64,000 bases of DNA from a virus (lineage: Duplodnaviria; Heunggongvirae; Uroviricota; Caudoviricetes). The position numbers were made by a program, and so were the translations under genes. How positions within the stretch are numbered: position 1 is the first letter of the stretch; each line of letters opens with the position of its first letter. The DNA is taken from IMG/VR virus record IMGVR_UViG_3300028888_005256; one strand, 5' to 3'. Of the stretch, positions 27,457 to 36,312 are shown in pieces. The notes below the pieces were generated by a model. That model did not search any database. It had not been told where the DNA came from and saw only the letters and a program-made list of their open reading frames with translations.

Positions 27457-28820
27457 GCTGCTGTTTTCAGATAGAATTCGTAGAATCTGTAAGTTTTCTC
27501 AAGATTGTAGAGAACATTTTCTAACGCCTCTAAGTCTTTCCTTTCTGAGAGAAGACCTATGAGAGTATTTACAGACTCAATGTCGGCTTTGAACTCTGCA
27601 ATTGAGACTTGGCGTTCTTCTGCAGTTTTTGAGTTGTCTGCTGATGCTTGAAGAACATTGACTGCTTTATCCCCTGTAAGAGGGAGACTTGTCGTTATTT
27701 GTGTGTAAATGTCTAGGAGCTTTTCATTGAGCTGCTCCGCATTGAGTGACTTTACAGAGTCAAATGCCAGTCCAAGAGCTTGGACTTTTTGAGAAATTGT
27801 CTCTGCGTCTTTGAAGAACTCTTCAAGAGAAGACTCTTCTTTAGCAGAATTAGTAAAGCCTGCACGAGCTTGGATTTCTACAATTATAGACTTTACAGTC
27901 TGCTCAGCAATGTCTCTCCATTTCTCAAGCTGCTTTGGCTCAAAATTTCCTGTGCCTGCACCAATAAGACCATCACTCATTGCACGGATCCAACTAGGGG
28001 ACGTGATTGAGTACCTAGCACAAGCTGTGACCATTTTTACAAGCATACCAATTGTTCGAATGCTAAAAAAGTTCAACACATGCTCGTCTTTTGCGTTCAT
28101 TGCGTCATACAAATCGCTTAAATGCTTATTTGAAGGATCAAGGTAGCCAGACGAGGAGCTCCTAGACGAGTAAGCTTTGCATAAGTCTCCAAGCTTGTCA
28201 TGGACTATTTTGAGAATGTCTTTTTCTGAGACATTAAAGTCTTTAATTTCTTTAAAAGTCGGAAGTTTTTCTGAGCGTTCTTCAACAGTCTGAAGTGCCT
28301 CATCAAGCATAGACTGCATAGAGTCAGCTTCGATATTTACAATGCAAAATCGGTTAATTGACGGTGCAGTTACTTCAAATGCAGGAGGAAGATTCCACCT
28401 GTAGTTTGCTGCTGACACAATAACACAATTGTCTGGAAGTGTTCGTCCTTTACCGTCACAACGATTAAAAATCAATCTGTAAAGGGAGCCCTGAACATCA
28501 ATAGGCGCTGTAGAAATCTCATCAATAAAGAGGACTGTTGGTATGTCTTTTTTTGCATATTCTTCAACCTCTTCAAACCAGTTTGGCTTCATAATTTCAA
28601 GGTAGTCTTTTCCAGTGTTTACCATATAGCCCATCAATTCTGAGCGGTCATACGCTGAGCCAATCAAGGTAACTACATGGTACCCTTTCATTTTTGCCCA
28701 GTTTTCAACATTTGTTGTTTTAGCAAGACCAGGGTTCGAGATAAAAAGAACAGGAACTTCAGACTTGACTGATGCTTCAATTGCATGAAGAAGTAGATCT
28801 CGAATTTTATTTTTAGCCAT
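27453..28820 (-). CDS. MoxR-like AAA+ ATPase
   Basis: Walker A SNPGLAKTT; Walker B VLFIDEIS; start moved to ATG 28820, 9 nt after GGAGG (track start 28889 lacks an RBS). Confidence 0.7.
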   Translation of the reverse strand: MAKNKIRDLLLHAIEASVKSEVPVLFISNPGLAKTTNVENWAKMKGYHVVTLIGSAYDRSELMGYMVNTGKDYLEIMKPNWFEEVEEYAKKDIPTVLFIDEISTAPIDVQGSLYRLIFNRCDGKGRTLPDNCVIVSAANYRWNLPPAFEVTAPSINRFCIVNIEADSMQSMLDEALQTVEERSEKLPTFKEIKDFNVSEKDILKIVHDKLGDLCKAYSSRSSSSGYLDPSNKHLSDLYDAMNAKDEHVLNFFSIRTIGMLVKMVTACARYSITSPSWIRAMSDGLIGAGTGNFEPKQLEKWRDIAEQTVKSIIVEIQARAGFTNSAKEESSLEEFFKDAETISQKVQALGLAFDSVKSLNAEQLNEKLLDIYTQITTSLPLTGDKAVNVLQASADNSKTAEERQVSIAEFKADIESVNTLIGLLSERKDLEALENVLYNLEKTYRFYEFYLKTAA

Positions 28821-28848
28821 AAAAACCTCCAATTTAGTGTATTGAATG

Positions 28849-28872
28849 TTATAGTAATATAATAAGAAAAGT
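28849..28872 (-). promoter_or_regulatory. conserved phage promoter motif (CTTTTCTTATTATATTACTAT)
   Basis: TATTATATTA motif family member, upstream of the AAA+ ATPase gene. Confidence 0.55.
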
Positions 28873-29050
28873 TTAGTCTTTTCTAGCAAACATAACTAAG
28901 TACTTATAATTGAAATCTTTTTAGCGGTTTCATATGCAAAGGACTTGCAGTATATTGCAGGCGAAGAACTTCGTAATATCGAAAGTCGGGAAAAGTCGTT
29001 TAAGAAGACAGAGATTAGAAATCTTACAACAAAAAGGAAAACTCAAGAAA

Positions 29051-30823
29051 ATGGGTACAGTAACAGATAAAATGACAGAGCGCAAAAACGCTGCTGCAAA
29101 TAGAGACGCTGTTAGAAAGCAGCTTTACTTGAATGAGCGTGAATATCGTGCTTCAAAAGCAATCGATGCTTGGTCAAAAATCGCTCGTATTGGTGCAGGT
29201 CTTAAATCGCTCCCTCTCAAAGAGCAGCAGAACGTAGCTTTCAACCTTTCTCAGCAGGCTACATACATGAGCAAATTGAATGAGGCACAGTTGAGCCAGT
29301 CATTCAGCCAGTTTGCTCCTGAGAATATGTTGAGACTTGTTCGTCTTTCAATGCCTGGTGTATGTCGTAACAAGGTATTCACTGAGTTCGCTATGGAATC
29401 TGCAAAAGATTCTATCAAATACATCAAACCTGTAATTGATAAGACTCAGGGTGGATTCGACACAAACGATAAGCACACTCTTTACGGTCGTGAAGATGAT
29501 CCTTTTGGATATGACAACGGCAGCGGAGACCTCGTAAACACAGCTAACGTTGGTGATTACGATGCAGACTATCGCAAAGCTCTTTATGAGACACAGGAAG
29601 ATCGTCTTACTGGTGAGCTCACAAACTATCCACACGGTTCAGCTAACGGCAAAGTAGTTACATTCGACTTCACAAAGGTTGACAATGGTGACGAAATCAA
29701 GCTCCTTAAGTGGACTACAAAGGGCGGAAAAACTGGTGACAAACTTCTTCGTGGTTACACAGTAGTTTACGGCGACAATGAGACTGACCTCGTTGCTATG
29801 GAAAACAAGAGAGTTCCTGGAACATTCTTGGTTGGACACAAATACGAAGGCACTAAAGTTTCATACAAAGACGCTACAGACACAACTGCAGGTAACGAAC
29901 TTGTAGTAGACTTCACAAAAGCAAAGGCAATGCCTGCTAAGGTTTCTGCTTATGCTCGTGTTGATCTTGAAGACGATTTTGAGGGCACAGCTCTTGGTGA
30001 AGTTCAGTTGATCATGACTGACCACGACTTCAAGCCTCGTCCTACAATGGTTGGTGTTACTTGGTCACAGATGGCTGAAATCGTACTTGATGCTTCATTT
30101 GGTGTTTCTGCACAGGAACTCCTCCTTCAGTACGCAGCTGAATCTATCAGAGTAAACCTTGACTACCGTGCATTCAAACTTGCATACTTTGCTGCAAAAA
30201 CAAACAGCGATGCACACTATGTTGAATTCGATGCTGGCTACAACAGCTCAAAAGATGTAACTACAAAAGAGGGTTACATCCACAATGCTCAGACATTTGG
30301 TTCAGCAATCGATACTCTTTCTGACAATATGTTGAATGAAATCAACCGTGGTGGTGTTTCTCGTCTTGTAGCTGGTCCTTCAGCTGGTTCATACTTGAAA
30401 CTCAACGGTGCATTCAATACTCGTGGTAAGCAGGCTAACATCGGTATCCACCAGATTGGTGAATTCGATGGAATCCCAACATTCAAAGCTCCTTCACAGA
30501 TTATTCCTTCTGATGAGATCCTCACAGTTTGGAAGAACGATGAGAATGAGGGCGATGTTGCTATCGCATTCGGTACTTTGATCCCATTTGTAAACTCTGG
30601 TGTTATCCAGCGTAAGCAGATGTACAAAGAAGCTGGAATCGCATCTTACGGTGACTGGTCACTCTTGAACAAGAGATATCTCGGTATCATCCGCATCAAG
30701 AATATGAAAGATGTTACAGCTGATTTGAAGAATGTTAAAACACAGACTTCAGACAGCACAGTAGTTCTCGACAACGGAAACGCTGATCCTGAAACTCCTG
30801 ACACACCTGCAACTGGTGACTAA
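29051..30823 (+). CDS. putative major capsid protein (abundant structural protein)
   Basis: AAAGGAAAA SD then ATG 29051. Strongly biased codon usage (ggt/gct/cgt/ctt/atc/ttc), characteristic of highly expressed genes. Followed by one of the strongest terminators in the window. 590 aa. The capsid assignment is inference from expression signals and the nearby packaging genes. Confidence 0.45.
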   Translation: MGTVTDKMTERKNAAANRDAVRKQLYLNEREYRASKAIDAWSKIARIGAGLKSLPLKEQQNVAFNLSQQATYMSKLNEAQLSQSFSQFAPENMLRLVRLSMPGVCRNKVFTEFAMESAKDSIKYIKPVIDKTQGGFDTNDKHTLYGREDDPFGYDNGSGDLVNTANVGDYDADYRKALYETQEDRLTGELTNYPHGSANGKVVTFDFTKVDNGDEIKLLKWTTKGGKTGDKLLRGYTVVYGDNETDLVAMENKRVPGTFLVGHKYEGTKVSYKDATDTTAGNELVVDFTKAKAMPAKVSAYARVDLEDDFEGTALGEVQLIMTDHDFKPRPTMVGVTWSQMAEIVLDASFGVSAQELLLQYAAESIRVNLDYRAFKLAYFAAKTNSDAHYVEFDAGYNSSKDVTTKEGYIHNAQTFGSAIDTLSDNMLNEINRGGVSRLVAGPSAGSYLKLNGAFNTRGKQANIGIHQIGEFDGIPTFKAPSQIIPSDEILTVWKNDENEGDVAIAFGTLIPFVNSGVIQRKQMYKEAGIASYGDWSLLNKRYLGIIRIKNMKDVTADLKNVKTQTSDSTVVLDNGNADPETPDTPATGD

Positions 30824-30865
30824 TCCGGCTAGAGCTTCTTAATTGAAGCTCTTGAAGTCAAATAA

Positions 30866-30898
30866 AAAGGGACTCCTTTTGGGGTCCCTTAATTTTTG
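30866..30898. terminator. bidirectional intrinsic terminator
   Basis: AAGGGACTCC-tttt-GGGGTCCCTT followed by AATTTTT; the A-rich 5' flank serves the convergent minus-strand gene. Confidence 0.8.
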
Positions 30899-30905
30899 CA
30901 ATTTT

Positions 30906-31463
30906 CTAATTACTGACTGTCTTCGGTTTCGTTGGCTCGCCTTCAGGCACAATCATTGTATCACCATACCAGTAATCTTGTGGTTCTTTATCTGGACTAG
31001 TAGGTGACACCCATAGCAGTAATGGGAATATCTTGAAATCTTCTTTTTTAAACTTTAGACAAAAGTTCTTCTCAAAGTAATTTTGCAATGTATCTGCAAG
31101 TTCTACTCCATCTTCTTTCTTCTGAAAAGAGCTTTTAACTTGCAATGCTCTCTTTTCGCCCGCTTTGTTGTAATACTCAAACTCTGCTATAGCAGCTGGT
31201 AATACAAAAATGTTTTCTGGAAAAGCTGTAGCAAGCTTCTTGAACTCTTGACAAGTAAAATCTAGAACATCATAAGGGCTAGATTGGCCCATCTGTGCCA
31301 CTGTAAGTCTGCTTAAATGTTGCATTTGATTATTGAGAAGAAGAGCTAAGTTTCTTTTGTTATGGTTGCTCAAGCTATCAAACCAAGAGCTAAATGCACC
31401 TTCTTTGAATTTTTCAACAAGTGTATCAGCTTGTTGCTTTTGTTTTTCATTAAGATAATTCAT
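30906..31463 (-). CDS. hypothetical protein
   Basis: AGAGGG SD; 185 aa. Confidence 0.45.
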   Translation of the reverse strand: MNYLNEKQKQQADTLVEKFKEGAFSSWFDSLSNHNKRNLALLLNNQMQHLSRLTVAQMGQSSPYDVLDFTCQEFKKLATAFPENIFVLPAAIAEFEYYNKAGEKRALQVKSSFQKKEDGVELADTLQNYFEKNFCLKFKKEDFKIFPLLLWVSPTSPDKEPQDYWYGDTMIVPEGEPTKPKTVSN

Positions 31464-31488
31464 TTATTGCCCTCTAATCTTTTGTAAT

Positions 31489-31520
31489 GAAAAAAAAGAG
31501 AGGGCAGTGCACCCTCTCAT
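31489..31520 (-). terminator. rho-independent terminator (minus strand)
   Basis: GAGAGGGTGCACTGCCCTCTC followed by TTTTTTTT on the minus strand, after the SPFH gene. Confidence 0.7.
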
Positions 31521-31532
31521 CTCTTTTAATTA

Positions 31533-32453
31533 CTATTTCTGTGCAGGAATGTTAACAATTCCGCCAGCTGCTGTCAAAGGAATGTACTGTGGTACCAGAT
31601 GTCCGTCCCATTTCTCTTCATGAATCTTTTTAATTTCAAGTTCCTTCAACTGAATTTCCAATGCCTGATTCTGTGCAACCAATCTGTTATAAGCCGCAAT
31701 GCCTTCACCTTCAAGTCTCTTTGCTTCTGCTTCACCTTTGGCTTTAGCAATAGCTGACTGAGCATCAAGTTCTGCAGCCTGACGATTTGCTTCAGCTTCT
31801 TTTACAAGTTTCTGTGCCTTAGCAGCTGCAATATTTGCTTCCTGTTCTGCCTGCTTTACTTGCTGAGTGCGATTTGCTGTTTCTTTGATCTGCTTATCGA
31901 AGTCGTCAGACCAGTCCCAGTTTGTAATAGTTGTCTGACTGATTGCGATAGGGTACTTTGACATTCGATTTAGCATAGCATTTGCGACTTCTGATGTGAT
32001 TTCGTTCTGCTGAGCAACCAAATCGTAAATAGAATACTTACCTGTAGTTTCCTTCAATGATGCCTTAACATTGTCTCTCATTGCACTTTCAATAACGGAT
32101 CCATTTGCATACAATGTTACAATATCCTTTAGACGAGTCTCATCATATACATAGCGAACTGCAACTGTCGCGCCGACTGTCTGCATGTCTTTTGTAATTG
32201 CACCATCATTTCCAACACTGAATGTAACTTCATAAACTTTTGGCTCAAGACGGAATATGCGAGTATGAGTAACAAAAGGTGCTTTCCAATGCAAACCAGG
32301 CTGGATAATCGTATCCTGCATCTGACCAAGCTTTACATCAATACCACGTTCATTTGGATCAATTACAGAACAAGAATTGCAACAAGTAACGAGCAATACA
32401 AGTGCTGCAATTGTACCAATGACCAATTTCTTAATAAGTTTTTCCATATTCAA
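31533..32453 (-). CDS. SPFH/band-7 (stomatin/prohibitin/HflK-C-like) membrane protein, probable lipoprotein
   Basis: N-terminal signal/lipobox-like LLVTCCNSC; SPFH core (GIDVKLGQM...PGLHWKAPF...); C-terminal Ala/Glu/Lys/Gln-rich coiled coil. Confidence 0.65.
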   Translation of the reverse strand: MNMEKLIKKLVIGTIAALVLLVTCCNSCSVIDPNERGIDVKLGQMQDTIIQPGLHWKAPFVTHTRIFRLEPKVYEVTFSVGNDGAITKDMQTVGATVAVRYVYDETRLKDIVTLYANGSVIESAMRDNVKASLKETTGKYSIYDLVAQQNEITSEVANAMLNRMSKYPIAISQTTITNWDWSDDFDKQIKETANRTQQVKQAEQEANIAAAKAQKLVKEAEANRQAAELDAQSAIAKAKGEAEAKRLEGEGIAAYNRLVAQNQALEIQLKELEIKKIHEEKWDGHLVPQYIPLTAAGGIVNIPAQK

Positions 32454-32465
32454 TGGACCTCCAAT

Positions 32466-32735
32466 TTATATTGCACCGACAGAATGCATCTTATCGGCAA
32501 AATTTGCAAAATCATAACCCATAATGTCAGACATAATATCATGAGTTTCTTTCCAAGAAACTTTTGGTTGAGCATGTTGCAGCTTCTTACCATAAACAAA
32601 GTCTTCTGTCCCAAGCTTTTCTTCAAAGAGCTTTGCAGCTTCTTCATCAGAAGCTGCTTTCACTGAAAATATCTGGTTTTCACCTTTTCGATGTGCATAA
32701 TACTTTGTCAATTTCATATGTACGGATTCCCCCAT
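32466..32735 (-). CDS. hypothetical protein
   Basis: 89 aa; GGAGG-like RBS; same operon. Confidence 0.4.
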   Translation of the reverse strand: MGESVHMKLTKYYAHRKGENQIFSVKAASDEEAAKLFEEKLGTEDFVYGKKLQHAQPKVSWKETHDIMSDIMGYDFANFADKMHSVGAI

Positions 32736-32880
32736 TCATTCACATCAAGCTCACCATAATCAGCAAGGCAGGCAATGTTATTTTTTAGATTATTAACAAA
32801 GTCTTTGAATTTCTCAGCAGTCTCACTGTTAAGACTAACAAGAATTTCTGCATACTGCTTTTCAAGGTCTTCACTGTCTA

Positions 32881-33981
32881 CTAGTTCCACAAGTCTTTCT
32901 CCTTAGCTCTCAATTTTTCTGAAGTCAATGGACACTTATTTCCGCAGACATTACAAGTTGAAATAATGTTCATAGCTCCAAAGATATTGTAATGAGCAGA
33001 ACATTGTGTTCGCTGCTGACCCTTTACTTCTAGTACTCTTTTTTCTGCTTGATTCCCAGCCCATTCAGCTCCATCCATAGTGCAATCAACTACAGTTTCG
33101 GCAACTTTCCATTTTTTAATCTCGTCTTCAACATCATCGACATTTGGAAGCTCAATATGCTCTTTACGTGAAAGCATGCATTCAACCTGAATATTAAGCA
33201 TCGTTACTTTACGAGTAAGAGTGTAGCCGATAATTGCATTCAATTCATCAAAGCCATTTACAGCATCTGTAAGAAGAGGACCCATTGCGCAAATTTTTCG
33301 ACTTCCACAAATGCTTTCATAGTCTTTTAAGTTCCAATATCGAACATGACCAAGAGTTTCAAGATAGACTGATGCTTCAGAAGCATTTTTGATTTTTCCT
33401 GCATTTCGCAAAAGACTTATTGCTCTATCATAGAAATCGCATGCAAGCTGTAAGTCTTTGACTGTCCATTTTGAAAGTTTTTCTTCACATGCACCTGGAC
33501 GAAGAGATGTTCCAATAAAAATTTCTACATCATGCTCAATGCAAAATGTTACAATTTCTACCCAATTTGGAATAATTGGATTGTACTCTATGTCAGCAGA
33601 AAATATTCCGCCTCTTGAATTGACAATAAATCCATCTTTGATTGCATCATTGATAAGTTCTACAGGTGTTACATGAAAAGTCATTGCTCTTACACCGTAA
33701 GAATAGTGACGCTTGATTGTGTCCATGATAGGCTCATCAAACATCACAGACTCATACAAAGGCGCAGAACACAATTTGAAGTTAGCTTGAGGCTTGACTG
33801 AAACAGAGTTAGTCCAGTTGAAATGATCGCTCACTAATTCCCAAAACCACTTTGTTCGTTCTTCATCAATTGAAATGACTGACACATAATCAATTCCATA
33901 CTTGTTCGCAAGCTCAATTTTTCTGAGCTCATCTTCAGCAGACTGTTCGCTATAAGATAATCCACAATTCAATTTGAGCAT
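32881..33981 (-). CDS. compact ThiC/BzaF-family enzyme (HMP-P synthase-like, Fe-S cluster-binding)
   Basis: Conserved ThiC-family blocks as I recall them: SRGG (FIVNSRGGIF), LRPG (IGTSLRPGA), GPLLTD...GFDELNAIIGY, and a C-terminal CxxCxxxC cluster (CNVCGNKC). N-terminal region parallels the ThiC NANIG...EEEVEKL block. Only 366 aa. Confidence 0.55.
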   Translation of the reverse strand: MLKLNCGLSYSEQSAEDELRKIELANKYGIDYVSVISIDEERTKWFWELVSDHFNWTNSVSVKPQANFKLCSAPLYESVMFDEPIMDTIKRHYSYGVRAMTFHVTPVELINDAIKDGFIVNSRGGIFSADIEYNPIIPNWVEIVTFCIEHDVEIFIGTSLRPGACEEKLSKWTVKDLQLACDFYDRAISLLRNAGKIKNASEASVYLETLGHVRYWNLKDYESICGSRKICAMGPLLTDAVNGFDELNAIIGYTLTRKVTMLNIQVECMLSRKEHIELPNVDDVEDEIKKWKVAETVVDCTMDGAEWAGNQAEKRVLEVKGQQRTQCSAHYNIFGAMNIISTCNVCGNKCPLTSEKLRAKEKDLWN

Positions 33982-34006
33982 TTTTTTTTCTACCCCCTCT
34001 CTAAAA

Positions 34007-34465
34007 TCATTTTTTTAAAGAAACTTTCAAGAAGTCTCTTAATCGGTTAAGTTGTCTTATAAATTCTCTCTGTGTAAGCACTGTTTCTTGGATCTTATTT
34101 TTACCCATTGAATGAGTAAGCGTAGCATCTCCAGTAGCGAGCAAAGCTTTCTGAAAACCTGAATTTTTGCAAAGTTCGTCATAAGCTCTGGTAAGAAGAG
34201 CTTGATACTCTTCGCTGTCCCTTTTCATAGGAAGTCCTTGCCAATAAAGAGTTTGAGTTCTCCACCACTTCTTTTTCTTGCCCCTGAACTTGGCAGCTTT
34301 ACCAACAAGCTTACATACTTCTTTCTGCATGTCTGGATTTTCAAATTTCAATGATTGAAGAAATCCTTCCATTGAGTTACACTCTATGCCGTCTATGGTA
34401 AAAGGGTGCGGAGCAAAATTACTTAATGAGGCTGATGGGTAGCCTGTTTCACTTCCTATGTCCAT
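34007..34465 (-). CDS. NADAR (YbiA/DUF1768-like) domain protein
   Basis: LSNFAPHPFTIDGIECNSMEGFLQSLKF matches the NADAR signature (SNF.P.PF..DG....S.E..FQ..KF). Confidence 0.55.
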   Translation of the reverse strand: MDIGSETGYPSASLSNFAPHPFTIDGIECNSMEGFLQSLKFENPDMQKEVCKLVGKAAKFRGKKKKWWRTQTLYWQGLPMKRDSEEYQALLTRAYDELCKNSGFQKALLATGDATLTHSMGKNKIQETVLTQREFIRQLNRLRDFLKVSLKK

Positions 34466-34468
34466 TGT

Positions 34469-34840
34469 TCAATCTCTCCAAAATCCCAAGAGCTTCAAAG
34501 TATCTTCCATATCGATGTCTGAGTAGTATTCTTTCCAAGTGTCATAAGCGTCTAAAGGCTTATCTGGCTTTGTAAAGCGTGCGCTTTCCCAATCAATTGC
34601 TGCTTCAATTTTATTTGGAATATCGCGATAAACATTGCAGTGAATGTCTGCGTATTCGTGAGCGTGATGGCCTGAAAAAGCTCTGTGAAGCTTAGTTGCA
34701 ATTTTGTCGCCGAATAAAGCAATGTTTATCATCTTCATGAAATCGTGAAAAGGAAATGAATAGCCATGCTCCTTTGCAATTAGCTGAACTTCTTTACGAT
34801 GGCGCATTACATATTTTATGTCTTCAATTCGTTTCATCAT
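34469..34840 (-). CDS. hypothetical His-rich (HD-like) small protein
   Basis: Start moved to ATGATG at 34840; FPFHDFMKM...HHAHEYADIHCNVY His cluster. Confidence 0.35.
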   Translation of the reverse strand: MMKRIEDIKYVMRHRKEVQLIAKEHGYSFPFHDFMKMINIALFGDKIATKLHRAFSGHHAHEYADIHCNVYRDIPNKIEAAIDWESARFTKPDKPLDAYDTWKEYYSDIDMEDTLKLLGFWRD

Positions 34841-35420
34841 TCGACTCTTCTTTGAATCTTTTTGCAAGAAATTCGTCAGCTTTGTGAATTGCATTCCAAA
34901 TCACTGGCAAGTCTTCATTACTGATATTCTCAAAAAGGCGTGAACCACAAGAATGGAACTCATAGCCTTCTTCATCTCGTGACCAACTTCCAATCTGGAA
35001 GCAAGATGAGTTGAAGTCACCTTCAAAGCAAACAATCTCGAGTGGCACATATTTTGGCTCTTCACCCAAGTAAGAACAATCACAAATCTTATAGCAACGT
35101 TTGCTGTAGTGAGACTGATACTCCCAGAAAAATTCTTCTTTTACATAGGTTTTCGCCTCGCCTTCAAAAGGATGCTTGTAGACATATGAAGGCATATAAT
35201 CGTAGCAAATTGTGCCTTTCTTATTGAGCTCTTCTTTCAAAGCAGAGTGAAGCTCTGCAGTGCTTGTTATTGGCTTTCTGCGCGGAGAATGATAAACTCC
35301 ATTTTTTCTCCAGTCCCAGTCTTCAGGCTCATCATTTGGCTCAAAGTACACTGCATAGTCTTCTGAGTTTACCATCTGAATAAGCTTACTTATCGTAATA
35401 TGACCATTTGGACAAATCAT
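34824..35420 (-). CDS. hypothetical Cys-containing protein
   Basis: GGAGAA SD before ATG 35420; 198 aa. Confidence 0.45.
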   Translation of the reverse strand: MICPNGHITISKLIQMVNSEDYAVYFEPNDEPEDWDWRKNGVYHSPRRKPITSTAELHSALKEELNKKGTICYDYMPSYVYKHPFEGEAKTYVKEEFFWEYQSHYSKRCYKICDCSYLGEEPKYVPLEIVCFEGDFNSSCFQIGSWSRDEEGYEFHSCGSRLFENISNEDLPVIWNAIHKADEFLAKRFKEESNDETN

Positions 35421-35455
35421 AAAGTTCTCCTTCTATGATTCTAGATTAACAGAAT

Positions 35456-35713
35456 CTAGCTAAGCAAATTTGAGATTAGTGCAAAAATGCATATAAATAC
35501 AAAGAAAAAGACAAATAAAGCTACAAATAAAATCAGAGGCGATAACCAAAGAATTATAATAGCTGACCATGGAACTGTCTGCAAGCCCTCAATACCGCAC
35601 AACTTCAAAATTGCCAGAACTGCTGCAACAATTGTTGTCAAGCCAACACCTTTCTTCGTAGTCTCTACTTTGTGTCCGCTGTTGTCGTCAAAGATTTCTT
35701 TAAGCTCATACAT
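35456..35713 (-). CDS. two-pass membrane protein (holin-like topology)
   Basis: Start moved to ATG 35713, 9 nt after AAGGAGA; two hydrophobic helices. Confidence 0.4.
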   Translation of the reverse strand: MYELKEIFDDNSGHKVETTKKGVGLTTIVAAVLAILKLCGIEGLQTVPWSAIIILWLSPLILFVALFVFFFVFICIFALISNLLS

Positions 35714-35732
35714 AGTCTCAATGTCTCCTTCT

Positions 35733-35867
35733 TTAATCCAAAATTTCTGTCCAATGACAGCCATACTCTGAATAAAATTCTGCTGACAAAGCAGCTAATT
35801 CTTTGTCTGATGCATATTCGCTGCTTGCCAAGTCGGCAATTTCACGCGCTTTTTCAATCATAGACAT
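35733..35867 (-). CDS. small ORF (44 aa) not in the track
   Basis: GGAGAG SD, ATG 35867. Stop TAA lies immediately before the SD of the next gene, and a start at 35764 for that gene would overlap it. Confidence 0.3.
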   Translation of the reverse strand: MSMIEKAREIADLASSEYASDKELAALSAEFYSEYGCHWTEILD

Positions 35868-36022
35868 TTCTGTATTCTCTCCTCTGGATTGGCCCAAGGT
35901 TTTTCAACTATTGGAAGATTAAATTCTGTCACTTCACTAAATGGAAGAACAACAGTTGCGATAGGCTCATTTGGGATGGGCTTGCCGTCGCGTATTTCAC
36001 CAAATAATGATTTCTGTTCCAT
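35858..36022 (-). CDS. small hypothetical protein (54 aa)
   Basis: ATG 36022 preceded by GGAG. Confidence 0.3.
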   Translation of the reverse strand: MEQKSLFGEIRDGKPIPNEPIATVVLPFSEVTEFNLPIVEKPWANPEERIQKCL

Positions 36023-36032
36023 GTTTCTACTC

Positions 36033-36263
36033 CTAGATTCTTTTGTACTCCATGTCACCTGTTTTGAAGTATTCCTCTTCTCTGATTTCCATCTTTATCT
36101 TGAATGAAATTGCTTCAGGATGATCTTCGATAAACTGAAACTTTGCGGAATTCATAGCAGAATGCAAAGTAGTATCTACTGTTAAGAGTCTACTTAAATT
36201 CAACTCCCAATGATAATCGGCACTATCATTTTCTACATTGTATACAACTACTGCAAAAAACAT
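36033..36263 (-). CDS. hypothetical protein (76 aa)
   Basis: Track start 36272 is TTG; ATG 36263 is 9 nt after GGAGG; conserved promoter motif upstream. Confidence 0.45.
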   Translation of the reverse strand: MFFAVVVYNVENDSADYHWELNLSRLLTVDTTLHSAMNSAKFQFIEDHPEAISFKIKMEIREEEYFKTGDMEYKRI

Positions 36264-36288
36264 TATTATCAACCTCCTAGCAATAAAA

Positions 36289-36312
36289 GATGATAATAAT
36301 ATAATAGAGAAA
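36289..36312 (-). promoter_or_regulatory. conserved phage promoter motif (TTTCTCTATTATATTATTATCA)
   Basis: TATTATATTA motif family member. Confidence 0.55.
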
